A DNA stretch of 64,000 nucleotides from Gemmatimonadales bacterium (GCA_035557715.1 DATMDQ010000111.1:7713-71712); one strand, 5' to 3'; positions 11,477 to 20,365 are shown, numbered from the stretch's first letter. The notes: generated from the sequence alone by a model not told the origin. A program made the numbers and translations.

Positions 11477-12366
11477 CGATCAGTCTCCTGCCGGCGGTCG
11501 CCCCACCGGCCGCGGCGCTCGTGGGAGAGTGGAGGTGGCAGCGTCGGATCGTTGCCATCGGCCAGCCGCTCCTCCGCCGATTCCTCGACGACGGGCACCG
11601 GCTCGGGGCGCTCCATCAGCCCGAGCACCGTCGCCCGGACGATGCCCAGCCCGACGTAGAACAAACCTAAGGGGAACAGGAAGTACTCGGGAACGATCAG
11701 CCCGCCGAGCAGGATGACGACGTGGACGATGAGCCCGAAGATGCCCTTCCGGCTGCGAACCCCGATCGGGGGGAACTTCGGGTACTTGACGTTGCTGACC
11801 ATCAGGACGGCCAGCAGCAGCATGAGCACCACCAGGCCCTCGTGCTGGAGATCCAGGTACGCCAGCGAGGCGCGGTACCAGTTGGTCTGGCTGAAGGGGT
11901 AGTAGACGGCGAGCGTCATACCGGCCGCCGGCGAGGGAAGCCCGGTAAACCAGCCGCTGGACGGCTTGCCGGCGGACAGCACGTTGAAGCGCGCCAGCCG
12001 GAGCGCTACTGCCACGACGTAGATGTAGCAAAGGATCCAGGCGAAGCGGCCGGCATTGGAGAAGTCGAGAAAGTACATCAGCAGGGCCGGCGCCACGCCG
12101 AACGAGATGACGTCCACCAGGGAGTCGAGCTCGGCGCCGAACCGGGTGCCCGTACCCGACAGCCGGGCGACTCTCCCGTCGAGCATGTCGAGGATGCCCG
12201 CAAACACGATGAACCAGCCGGCCCAGCGAAAGTTGCCGTTAAAGGCGGAGACGATCGCCCAGAACCCGAAGAAGAGGTTGCCCAGGGTGAAGGCGCTGGG
12301 CATGACAACCACGACCTGGCGCATCGAGGGGCGCCGGAGTCCCTCACGCCGTTGTCTTAGATCCAT
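11473..12366 (-). CDS. pssA: CDP-diacylglycerol--serine O-phosphatidyltransferase
   Basis: Contains the CDP-alcohol phosphatidyltransferase motif DMLDGRVAR..GAELDSLVD and is polytopic. The start is uncertain: 12366 or the ATG at 12324. Confidence 0.85.
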   Translation of the reverse strand: MDLRQRREGLRRPSMRQVVVVMPSAFTLGNLFFGFWAIVSAFNGNFRWAGWFIVFAGILDMLDGRVARLSGTGTRFGAELDSLVDVISFGVAPALLMYFLDFSNAGRFAWILCYIYVVAVALRLARFNVLSAGKPSSGWFTGLPSPAAGMTLAVYYPFSQTNWYRASLAYLDLQHEGLVVLMLLLAVLMVSNVKYPKFPPIGVRSRKGIFGLIVHVVILLGGLIVPEYFLFPLGLFYVGLGIVRATVLGLMERPEPVPVVEESAEERLADGNDPTLPPPLSHERRGRWGDRRQETDR

Positions 12367-13007
12367 TCGGCCACCACGGTCTCGCCTGCCTTGGTTGTGT
12401 CGCCGGTTTTCACCAGGAATTTCACTCGGTCGCAGGGCAGGAACAGATCCACTCGCGACCCGAAGCGGATCATGCCCAGACGATCTCCCTGCTGCACCTG
12501 CGTTCCCACTTTGTGATCGGTCACGATTCGCCGGGCAATGAGGCCGGCGATCTGGCGGATCAGCACCTTGCCCCGAGACGTGGTGAGGCCGACCGAAGAC
12601 TGTTCATTGTCGAGACTCGACTTCTCGGTCCCGGCGTGGCCAAATTTGCCCGGGTTGTACTGCCGGTATCCGACAGTGCCCTCGGTCGGGTAGCGGTTCA
12701 CATGAACATCGAAGACGTTCATGAAGATGGAGAGGCGGCACGAGCGGCCGGCCATGAATGCCGGCTCATCGGCCTCGACCAGGCTCACCACCTTGCCGTC
12801 CGCCGGAGCCAGGATCAGGCGGTCGCCCCGCTGTCCCGAGCGCACCGGGTCACGAAAGAAGGCGACAACCCAGACCGCCAGCACGACCCAGAGGACGCAT
12901 GCGATCCACAGGACCCGTGAGTCGAAGCGGAGCGCGGCGAGTATGAGGCCCAACGCAATCAACCAGGCTCCGACGATGAACCACAGTCCTTCAGGGGCAG
13001 TACGCAT
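12357..13007 (-). CDS. psd: Phosphatidylserine decarboxylase family protein (short type)
   Basis: The start MRTAPEG at 13007 overlaps the purC stop (TAATG). It has two N-terminal TM helices and a C-terminal GDRLGMIRFGSRVD pyruvoyl-type motif. The 287-aa ORF-track version is an over-extension. Confidence 0.85.
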   Translation of the reverse strand: MRTAPEGLWFIVGAWLIALGLILAALRFDSRVLWIACVLWVVLAVWVVAFFRDPVRSGQRGDRLILAPADGKVVSLVEADEPAFMAGRSCRLSIFMNVFDVHVNRYPTEGTVGYRQYNPGKFGHAGTEKSSLDNEQSSVGLTTSRGKVLIRQIAGLIARRIVTDHKVGTQVQQGDRLGMIRFGSRVDLFLPCDRVKFLVKTGDTTKAGETVVAEWI

Positions 13008-13951
13008 TACAGATCGCGCTCCAGATTGCGCCCCGTCAACCGCTTGTAGGCCTCGAGGTATCGGCGGCTCGTGGCCTCGACCACCTCGGACGGGAGCGAT
13101 GGCGGCGGGGCCTCGCCGTCCCACTTTCCTGCCGCCTTGAGCGAGGCGAGATAGTCCCGCAACGGCTGCTTGTCGAAGCTGGGCTGAGGGTGGCCCGGCG
13201 CATATCGGTCTGCCGGCCAAAAGCGGGAGGAGTCCGGAGTAAGGAGCTCGTCGATCACGCGCAGGGTGCCCTCCGCGTCGGTCCCGAACTCGAACTTGGT
13301 GTCGGCGATGATAATCCCACAGGACGCGGCGTGATCGCGCCCCGCCTGGTAAAGTGCAAGGCTGGCTTGCCGAAGCCGGCCGGTCAAAACTGGACCGAGC
13401 TCCTGGGCCACCGTGTCGACGGTGACGTTGATATCGTGCCCCGACTCCGCTTTGGTGGCGGGCGAGAAAAGCAGCGGATCCAGGCGTGCGCTTTCAACCA
13501 GGCCGGGTGTGAGTGGCTCTCCGGCCAGCGTGCCCCGGCTCCGATATTCCGCCCAGGCCGATCCCGAGAGATAGCCGCGGACGACACATTCGAAGGGTAC
13601 CGGCTCGGCTCGGCGAACCAGCATTGCCCGGCCGGCAATCTGCTCCTCCAGTCCTTCGAGCCGCGGCACCTGTTCCAGAATCTCCCTGGTGCGGGCCGTG
13701 ACGTAGTGCGAAGGGAACACGTCGGCCAGCAGCTCGAACCAGAAGGCGCTGATCTGGGTGAGCACCGCACCCTTCCGAGGGATCGGCTCGCGCATGACCA
13801 CGTCGAAGGCGCTGACCCGGTCGCTGGCCACCACCAGCAGGTGTCCGGCGTCTACCTCGTACACCTCGCGCACCTTCCCCTGGCGCAGTAACGGGAGGGG
13901 GAGCCGGCTCTCGGTGAGCGTGGCGTTACTTCGGGCCGCGCCGGTCTTCAT
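13007..13951 (-). CDS. purC: SAICAR synthase
   Basis: 314 aa with GKVREVY..LLVVASDRVSAFD motifs. Confidence 0.93.
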   Translation of the reverse strand: MKTGAARSNATLTESRLPLPLLRQGKVREVYEVDAGHLLVVASDRVSAFDVVMREPIPRKGAVLTQISAFWFELLADVFPSHYVTARTREILEQVPRLEGLEEQIAGRAMLVRRAEPVPFECVVRGYLSGSAWAEYRSRGTLAGEPLTPGLVESARLDPLLFSPATKAESGHDINVTVDTVAQELGPVLTGRLRQASLALYQAGRDHAASCGIIIADTKFEFGTDAEGTLRVIDELLTPDSSRFWPADRYAPGHPQPSFDKQPLRDYLASLKAAGKWDGEAPPPSLPSEVVEATSRRYLEAYKRLTGRNLERDL

Positions 13952-15387
13952 ACCTTCACCTCGGCGGGTTCGGCGTCGGCGGCGAACGGCCGGGCGCGCT
14001 TGAGGAGGGGCCGCAGGTAGTCCTCGATGAACTCGCCCACCTGTTGGGCGGCTCGTCCGGTGTACTTGCGGGGGTCGAGTTCCGCCTGGAGCGCGGCCGA
14101 GGGCACTCCGCGGAATGCGGGATCCGAGCCGAGCCGTTCCAGCAGAGTGTTGGGCTCTCCCCGGCTCACTGCTTCGGCCATTGCAAGGCTGTGCTTCCGA
14201 ACGACCTCGTGTAGTGCCTGACGGTCGCCCCCCGCCGCGGTCCCGAGCATCAGCCAGCGCTCGGTGGCCATGAACGGCATCTGTTCGTCCACGTGGCGTC
14301 GGATGGTGTCCTCCCGCACCTCGAGGCCGGCCGCAATGTTGGTGGCGAGCACCAGAATGGCGTCAGTGCCGAGAAATCCTTCCGGAAGGGTCAATCGCCG
14401 GTTGGCGCTGTCATCCAGGCTCCGCTCGAGCCATTGGCTCGCGGCAGTGTTGGCCGTATTGGCCTGAAGCGAGATCACGAACCGGGCCAGCCCGCTGATC
14501 CGCTCGGCGCGCATGGGGTTTCGCTTGTACGCCATCGCGCTGGACCCGATCTGCTCCTGCTCGAACGGCTCTAGCAGCTCGCCCTCGTGCTGCAGCAGCC
14601 GGAGGTCGCCCGCCAGCTTGGCCGACGACTGGGCAATGCCACTCAGCGTATCGAGAACGGCACTGTCCGCTTTCCGGGTGTAGGTCTGGCCGGTCACGGG
14701 AAACGACGCCGAAACCCCGAGCTTGGCGGTGACCCGCCGGTCGAGCTCTCTGACCTTCTCGTGATTGTTGCCGAACAGCTCCAGAAAGGAGGCCTGCGTG
14801 CCGGTAGTGCCTTTGCAGCCCCGAAGCCGAAGGGTCTCGATCCGGCGGCTCACTTCCTCCACGTCGATGGCGAAGTCCTGCATCCACAGGGTGGCGCGCT
14901 TGCCGACGGTGGTGAGCTGGGCCGGCTGAAAGTGGGTGTACGCCAGGCAGGGAAGGCCGGCGTGCCGGGTGGCAAACCGCTCCAGCGCTCCGAGGACCGC
15001 GATGAGCCGCCCGAGCAGGAGACGGAGGCCGTCGCGCATGACCACGAGGTCGGCATTATCGGTGACGAACGCGCTGGTGGCGCCGAGATGCAGGTAGGGC
15101 CGAGCCGCCGGTGCCTGGTCACCGAAGGTGTGAATGTGCGCCATCACATCGTGACGGAAGCGACGCTCATAGCGGGCCGCGAGATCCAGGTCGGCATCGT
15201 CCAGGTGGGCCCGCATTTGCGCGATCGCCTGCTCCGGAATGTCGAGCCCCAGCTCGCGCTCTGCCTCGGCCAGTGCGAGCCACAGCCGCCGCCAGAGTCC
15301 GACCCGGTGCCGCTCGCCCCACAGCGTCTGCATGGCGGGCGAGGCGTAGCGCGACCCGAGTGGCGAGCGCCAGCGGTCGTCGCTCAT
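13948..15387 (-). CDS. purB: Adenylosuccinate lyase
   Basis: The true start MSDDRWRSPLGSRYASP at 15387 overlaps the htrA stop (ATGA). The fumarate-lyase signature GSSAMAYKRNP is present. The 613-aa ORF-track version is an over-extension. Confidence 0.93.
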   Translation of the reverse strand: MSDDRWRSPLGSRYASPAMQTLWGERHRVGLWRRLWLALAEAERELGLDIPEQAIAQMRAHLDDADLDLAARYERRFRHDVMAHIHTFGDQAPAARPYLHLGATSAFVTDNADLVVMRDGLRLLLGRLIAVLGALERFATRHAGLPCLAYTHFQPAQLTTVGKRATLWMQDFAIDVEEVSRRIETLRLRGCKGTTGTQASFLELFGNNHEKVRELDRRVTAKLGVSASFPVTGQTYTRKADSAVLDTLSGIAQSSAKLAGDLRLLQHEGELLEPFEQEQIGSSAMAYKRNPMRAERISGLARFVISLQANTANTAASQWLERSLDDSANRRLTLPEGFLGTDAILVLATNIAAGLEVREDTIRRHVDEQMPFMATERWLMLGTAAGGDRQALHEVVRKHSLAMAEAVSRGEPNTLLERLGSDPAFRGVPSAALQAELDPRKYTGRAAQQVGEFIEDYLRPLLKRARPFAADAEPAEVKV

Positions 15388-16805
15388 CGGAACAGCAGGT
15401 CGGTGAAAGTGACCTGGCCCTCGCGCTCGACGTAGACCCGGATGACCTGCCCCGAGCGAACGTTGAGAAGGCTCGACACTTCGGCGGCGTTGCGCACCGG
15501 GGTGCGGTCGATGGCAAGAATCACGTCGCCCGGTTGCAGTCCGGTGGCGCGGCTGACCTGGGGAGAGAGCCGGAAGATCAGGGCACCCTGATCGCTTCGA
15601 ATGGAACGCTCGGCCTGAATGGCCGGCGTCACATTGATCAGCTGAAGGTCCTGCAGCACGGTGATCTTCTCGGCCGTGACCGTCGGAAGGTCGCCGGTAA
15701 CGATCCGCCGGGAGACGGTTCCGCTGCCACTCCGCACCCCGACTTGAACGGCGTCGCCCACGTGCAGGTCGAGCTTCACCGCCTCCCAATCGAGGTAGTT
15801 CCGAAGCCGCCGCCCGTTGGCCTCGACCAGCACATCACCCCGGCGCAAGCTCGCGCGAGCCGCAGGACCATCGGGTGCGACGCTCGAGATGACGACGCCA
15901 CCCTGACTCTTCCATTCGCGCATGGCACGGGCACCCTGGACCTCGAGGCCAACCCAGGCCCTCCGTACCGACCCGCGCTTGAGGATCTCGTCCGCCACTC
16001 GCACGGCGCGCTCGATGGGAATGGCAAAGCCAAGGCCGACCGAGCCGCCGCTGTTGCTGAAGATCGACGAGTTGACCCCGACCACCTCGCCCAGCGCGTT
16101 GGTGAGTGGTCCTCCAGAGTTGCCTGGATTGATGGCTGCGTCGGTCTGGATCATGTCGAGATAGAGACCGGTCTGGTCGCCGCCGGGAAGGATGTTACGC
16201 TCGGTGGCGCTCACCACTCCAACCGAAACCGACGGCTCGGAATTGCCCAGGAGGTAGGCGTAGGGATTCCCCAGGGCCACGACCCATTCGCCAATCATGA
16301 GGTCGGTGCTGCGACCGAGGGCTACGGTGGGCAGATTCTCCCGGTCCACCTTCAGCACGGCAATGTCGGTCAGTGGATCCTCTCCCATCACGGTGGCCGG
16401 GAGGTCACTGCCGTCGGGGAGCGTCACCACGACGCGCTCGGCGTTCGAGACGACGTGTTGATTGGTGACGATGATCCCGCCGGGCCGGACGACGAACCCG
16501 GTTCCGCTGCCCTGTACTACCCGGGCGCCTTCGGGCACAAAGAACAGATCGAAGGGCGAGCGGCGCTGCGCCTGTTGCCGCGCGGTCACATTGATCGAGA
16601 CGACCGCGGGGGCAACCCGGTCGGCCGCGGCAACCAGCGCCGTACGGCGTGACGAGTTGGTGGCGTTCTGCGCTTCGGCCACCCGGGCGGAGGTCTGGGC
16701 CCCGGCCGTGGCCACACGCATTGGGGGAATTTCTTCGGCCTGACACCCGGCCAGTGCCAGGGTGACGGCGAGGATGGCGGGGCTACGCCAGGTGCAGCGT
16801 GGCAT
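15384..16805 (-). CDS. htrA: HtrA/DegP-family serine protease with two PDZ domains; lipoprotein-type signal
   Basis: Trypsin-like motifs TNQHV and GNSGGPL are followed by two PDZ-like regions. The start at 16805 gives MPRCTWRSPAILAVTLALAGCQ, which contains a lipobox. Confidence 0.88.
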   Translation of the reverse strand: MPRCTWRSPAILAVTLALAGCQAEEIPPMRVATAGAQTSARVAEAQNATNSSRRTALVAAADRVAPAVVSINVTARQQAQRRSPFDLFFVPEGARVVQGSGTGFVVRPGGIIVTNQHVVSNAERVVVTLPDGSDLPATVMGEDPLTDIAVLKVDRENLPTVALGRSTDLMIGEWVVALGNPYAYLLGNSEPSVSVGVVSATERNILPGGDQTGLYLDMIQTDAAINPGNSGGPLTNALGEVVGVNSSIFSNSGGSVGLGFAIPIERAVRVADEILKRGSVRRAWVGLEVQGARAMREWKSQGGVVISSVAPDGPAARASLRRGDVLVEANGRRLRNYLDWEAVKLDLHVGDAVQVGVRSGSGTVSRRIVTGDLPTVTAEKITVLQDLQLINVTPAIQAERSIRSDQGALIFRLSPQVSRATGLQPGDVILAIDRTPVRNAAEVSSLLNVRSGQVIRVYVEREGQVTFTDLLFR

Positions 16806-17583
16806 GTTGCTCTCGAACGGGCGCGGCGAAGACCTCAGGCGGATACACCACGGCCGCAAAGTAGAGGCCGTGAGGCGGCGCCGGAGGACTGGTGTCGGCA
16901 TTGTCCTCCCGGCGGAGCAGCGCAGCCATGTCATCCAGCGGGCGGCGCTGGAGTCCGATGTCCACCATGGTGCCGACGAGCATCCGCACCATGCGCTGAA
17001 GAAACCGGTCAGCCTCGATCTCGAGGCTCACACCTCGGTCGTCGATCCGCCGGCTCCACTCCGCGTGGATCACCCGGCAGCGATAATGCGGCTTGTCGGT
17101 CTTGGCCGCGAAGGCGCGGAAATCGTGCTCGCCCCGTATTACCCGGGCGGCTTCAGTGATCAATTCGAGGTCAAGCGGCTTGGCGAGCGCCCACTCGAAC
17201 TGGCGGCGAAAGGGAGACGCCGAGGCCTCGTCGAGTCCAATGCGGTAGCGATAGCGGCGCGAAAGAGCGGACTTGCGGGCGTGAAAGCCCGGCTGCATCG
17301 GGTGAACCGATTCCACCCAGCAATCACTCGGCAGCAGCGCGTTGAGTGCGCGTCGAAGTGAGGAATCGGTCCAGCTGGCAGGGGCACTGAAGCTGACGCC
17401 CTGGCCTATCGAGTGGACTCCGGCATCGGTTCGCCCGGCCGCGTGTGCCACGGTTCGGCGACCAAAGAGGCGCTCCAGGACGCGCTCGAATTCCAGCTGA
17501 ACCGAGCGCCCGGCGGGTTGCCGCTGCCACCCGACAAAGCCGGTGCCGTCGTACTCTAGTGTGGCAAGAAAGGTCCGGCTCAT
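16783..17583 (-). CDS. truA: tRNA pseudouridine(38-40) synthase
   Basis: The start at 17583 gives MSRTFLATLEYDGTGFVGWQRQ. The catalytic motif GRTDAGVH is present. Confidence 0.9.
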   Translation of the reverse strand: MSRTFLATLEYDGTGFVGWQRQPAGRSVQLEFERVLERLFGRRTVAHAAGRTDAGVHSIGQGVSFSAPASWTDSSLRRALNALLPSDCWVESVHPMQPGFHARKSALSRRYRYRIGLDEASASPFRRQFEWALAKPLDLELITEAARVIRGEHDFRAFAAKTDKPHYRCRVIHAEWSRRIDDRGVSLEIEADRFLQRMVRMLVGTMVDIGLQRRPLDDMAALLRREDNADTSPPAPPHGLYFAAVVYPPEVFAAPVREQHATLHLA

Positions 17584-17642
17584 CGGCCCGGAATCTAGCG
17601 CTTCGGGATACCCCGGGCAAGCCACGCAAATGCTTGTCACGA

Positions 17643-17672
17643 TTGACAAAAGCGGCTCTGGCCGGGTACAAT
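17643..17672 (+). promoter_or_regulatory. Candidate sigma70-type promoter for trpD (TTGACA-N18-TACAAT)
   Basis: TTGACA at 17643-17648 and TACAAT at 17667-17672, about 43 nt upstream of the trpD GTG. The -35 is embedded in the palindrome TTGTCA-cgat-TGACAA (17634-17649). It is unknown whether this organism uses E. coli-like consensus promoters. Confidence 0.4.
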
Positions 17673-17714
17673 TTTTTCCCCTGTGCCGCTCCCGTTTGCC
17701 TGGTCTCGAATCCC

Positions 17715-18746
17715 GTGACCCTCGACGCCCCGCTACGCTTCGCCATCCAGCAACTCGCCCTGGGCGCGTCGCTCGACCAGAAGGCCACCGCCGCGGCTTT
17801 CGGGGTGGTCATGCGGGGAGAAGCGACCGCCGTCCAGACTGCAGCGCTTCTCATGGGGCTCAGGGCAAAGGGAGAGACGGCCGACGAGGTCGCCGGAGCA
17901 GTGCTGGCACTCCGCTGCGCCATGGTCCCGCTGGAGACGAGCGACCCCGGCCTGCTGGTGGACACCTGCGGCACCGGAGGGGGGAAGGTCGGCACGCTCA
18001 ACATCTCCACCGCCGCCGCGTTCGTGGTGGCTGGCGCCGGCGTTGCTGTCGCCAAGCACGGCAACCGGAGCTACACCTCGCGATCCGGCTCGGCTGATGT
18101 TCTCGAGGCATTGGGGATCGACATCCATTTGCCGCCGGCCCCCGCCGCGGAGTTGTTGCGATCGATCGGGCTCACCTTCCTGTTCGCACCAACCTACCAC
18201 CCCGCAATGCGACACGTTGGGCCGGTGCGGAAAGAGCTTGGTGTTCCGACGATCATGAACCTGCTTGGGCCACTGGCGAATCCTGCTGGAGTGACCCGGC
18301 AGGTCGTCGGGGTGGCGGATGCAACCCGGGCGGAGCTCGTGGCCGAAACGCTGGCGGCGCTCGGTACTCGTCACGCGCTGGTCCTGCACGCCACCGTCGG
18401 CATGGATGAGATCAGTCCGTCGGGATCAACCCTCGTGTGGGAGGTGAAGGGCAGGGAGGTGAATCGGTGGGAGCTCGCACCGGCCCGGTACGATCTGGAA
18501 TGCGGCGATCTCGAGGCGCTGGCGGGCGGCGAGCCGGAAGAAAATGCAGCCCGGATGGAGCGGCTCTTCTCCGGCGAGGCGGACAAGGTGGTACGTTGTG
18601 CCGTCCTGTTAAATGCGGCAGCGGCGCTGTATGTCTCGGCCAACGGCTGGTCGCTGGAGGAGGCGGTGGAGCGGGGTGAGAAGTCCCTGAGGAGTGGAGC
18701 CGCGGCCCGGGTGCTGGCCCGGCTCCGAGCGGCGGCGCCACGGTAA
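17715..18746 (+). CDS. trpD: Anthranilate phosphoribosyltransferase
   Basis: Contains motifs DTCGTGGG, KHGNRS and PTIMNLLGPLANP. I trimmed the start to the in-frame GTG at 17715 (VTLDAPLRFAIQQL). The upstream ORF extension overlaps truA. Confidence 0.9.
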   Translation: MTLDAPLRFAIQQLALGASLDQKATAAAFGVVMRGEATAVQTAALLMGLRAKGETADEVAGAVLALRCAMVPLETSDPGLLVDTCGTGGGKVGTLNISTAAAFVVAGAGVAVAKHGNRSYTSRSGSADVLEALGIDIHLPPAPAAELLRSIGLTFLFAPTYHPAMRHVGPVRKELGVPTIMNLLGPLANPAGVTRQVVGVADATRAELVAETLAALGTRHALVLHATVGMDEISPSGSTLVWEVKGREVNRWELAPARYDLECGDLEALAGGEPEENAARMERLFSGEADKVVRCAVLLNAAAALYVSANGWSLEEAVERGEKSLRSGAAARVLARLRAAAPR

Positions 18747-18766
18747 GCCCGCAACGCGTTGCGGGC
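18747..18766. terminator. Perfect GC-rich hairpin between convergent trpD and lexA
   Basis: gcccgcaac-gc-gttgcgggc forms a 9-bp perfect stem immediately after the trpD stop. There is no clear U-tract. Confidence 0.5.
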
Positions 18767-18774
18767 CCATGCTT

Positions 18775-19383
18775 CTAGTACTTTCGAATCACCCCGACGA
18801 CCACGCCCTGGATCAGCACGTCACGTTCCTGAAAGCGCATGGGCTGCATGGTGGCGTTGGCGGGTTGGAGCCGGATCCAGCCCCCGGCCTCACGGTAGAA
18901 CTTCTTGACGGTGGCCTCGCTGCCGTTGACCAGGGCGATGACCATCTCCCCGTTTTCGGCGGTCTGTTTGCCGTGGACCACGACGATGTCGCCGTCCACG
19001 ATGTGCTCATCGATCATCGAGGTGCCTTGCACCTTCAAGGCATAGTTGGGACCCTTGCGGGGCAGCATCTGCTCGGGAACGGCGATGGTCTCCTGATGCA
19101 TGAGCGATTCGATCGGGGTACCGGCGGCTACCTTTCCGAGAAGCGGGATCTCGCTGGCCGAGGAGGTACCGCGGGGCGGCAGGACCTCGATCGAGCGGCT
19201 TTCGTTGTAGGACCGGCGGATGTAGCCCTTGCGCTCGAGGTTGGTGAGATGCTCGTGCACTGTGGCCAGAGACTGAAAGCCGAAGTTCTCGGCGATCTCT
19301 TCGAAGCTGGGCGCGTAGCCCTGCCCGTGGATATGGCTTTGCAGGTAGGTGAGTATCTCACTCTGGCGCTTGGTCAGCGGCAT
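18775..19383 (-). CDS. lexA: LexA repressor
   Basis: 202 aa with an N-terminal winged-helix (LTKRQSEILTYL..GYAPSFEEIA), an Ala-Gly cleavage region (KVAAGTP), and S24 peptidase Ser/Lys motifs (GTSM, VKKF). GAGGAG lies 7 nt upstream of the ATG. Confidence 0.93.
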   Translation of the reverse strand: MPLTKRQSEILTYLQSHIHGQGYAPSFEEIAENFGFQSLATVHEHLTNLERKGYIRRSYNESRSIEVLPPRGTSSASEIPLLGKVAAGTPIESLMHQETIAVPEQMLPRKGPNYALKVQGTSMIDEHIVDGDIVVVHGKQTAENGEMVIALVNGSEATVKKFYREAGGWIRLQPANATMQPMRFQERDVLIQGVVVGVIRKY

Positions 19384-19413
19384 TCAGGATCTCCTCGCAG
19401 GCGGCTGAAGTGA

Positions 19414-19445
19414 CCGAATAGAGCCCGAATAACAGTACCCGAATA
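19414..19445. promoter_or_regulatory. Three direct CCGAATA repeats (TATTCGG read in the lexA direction); candidate operator
   Basis: Copies lie at 19414-19420, 19425-19431 and 19439-19445 in the 78-bp lexA/trpC divergent intergenic region. The two lexA-proximal copies give ATTC-N7-ATTC. Confidence 0.35.
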
Positions 19446-19461
19446 CCGGCCGAAGGACAAG

Positions 19462-20247
19462 ATGCCTGTCAGCCTTGACCAGATCCTGAGGTCTACCCGA
19501 GTTGGCCTGGATACGGTACACGCCCGCCGCGCGACCCTGGAGCGGGATGTTGCCGCGAGCCGGGTCCCACCCTCGTTCCGGGGCGCCCTCAGGAAGGCAA
19601 ACGTCGCGGTCATCGCTGAGGTGAAGCGGCGGTCGCCGTCTGCCGGCCCGATCCGGGAGGATCTGGACCCGGGTGAGCGCGCGGCACTGTACGCCGACCA
19701 TGGCGCCGCGGCCATCTCCGTGCTGACCGATGGACCCTACTTCGGTGGCTCCATTCAGGACCTCAGTGCGGCCGCTCGATGCTCCTCGGCTCCGGTGCTG
19801 CGTAAGGATTTCATTCTGGACGAGGTGCAGATCCTGGAGGCTCGGGCTGCCGGGGCTGCTGCCGTCCTGCTCATCGTCCGGGCCCTGGGCCCCCGGCTCC
19901 GTCCCCTCATACACTGTGCGGCCGATCTAGGATTGGACGCTCTGGTCGAGGTACACACCCCCGATGAGCTGAGTGCGGCGCTGGAGGCGGGCGGGTCGAT
20001 CATAGGGGTGAACAGCCGGGATCTCGATACCTTCAAGATCGACGTGGAGGTCGCGTGGAAGATCATCGCCGAGGTTCCTACCGAGATCATAGCTGTTGCG
20101 GAGAGTGGCATGGCTGGAACCGAAGACGTCCAGCGCGCCGCGGCGGCCGGCGCTGATGCGGTCTTGATTGGAACCGCGCTTTCCGCGGCAGCCTCCCCGG
20201 GCGCGCTTCTGCGGGACCTGACGCGCGTGCCGAGGCGTGGGCGCTAA
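19462..20247 (+). CDS. trpC: Indole-3-glycerol phosphate synthase
   Basis: 261 aa with motifs IAEVKRRSPS, LRKDFI and VNSRDL. Confidence 0.93.
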   Translation: MPVSLDQILRSTRVGLDTVHARRATLERDVAASRVPPSFRGALRKANVAVIAEVKRRSPSAGPIREDLDPGERAALYADHGAAAISVLTDGPYFGGSIQDLSAAARCSSAPVLRKDFILDEVQILEARAAGAAAVLLIVRALGPRLRPLIHCAADLGLDALVEVHTPDELSAALEAGGSIIGVNSRDLDTFKIDVEVAWKIIAEVPTEIIAVAESGMAGTEDVQRAAAAGADAVLIGTALSAAASPGALLRDLTRVPRRGR

Positions 20248-20365
20248 GATCAAGCTCTGCGGCATCATGCAACCCGGACTTGGGGCGGTTGCGGCCGGCG
20301 GCACCGTGGCGAATCTCGGCGTTGTTTTTGCTGGGGGTCTAAGGGCTGCTTCGATTGGGTGTTAG
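20237..20365 (+). pseudogene. trpF: Truncated phosphoribosylanthranilate isomerase (trpF) remnant, 42 codons
   Basis: The reading frame from the GTG at 20237 overlaps the trpC stop by 11 nt. It gives VGAKIKLCGIMQPGLGAVAAGGTVANLGVVFAGGLRAASIGC*. The K[IL]CGI start and the G.D.(I/L)G(F/V)VF-like segment match the first ~35 aa of PRAI proteins. The remaining ~160 aa are absent, because only 122 nt remain before trpB. Confidence 0.5.

Noticed and set aside
13948-15789. Several ORF-track entries have over-long N-terminal extensions: purB 613 aa, mcl 455 aa, hydroxyacid dehydrogenase 551 aa, rlmN 614 aa, trpD 433 aa, folK 295 aa, psd 287 aa, purQ 254 aa, aspS 628 aa, phoH 338 aa.
   Set aside because: The extensions are low-complexity Arg/Pro/Gly-rich and overlap the upstream gene in another frame. 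Internal starts coincide with ATGA/GTGA/TGATG junctions or Shine-Dalgarno motifs and restore the canonical family N-termini.
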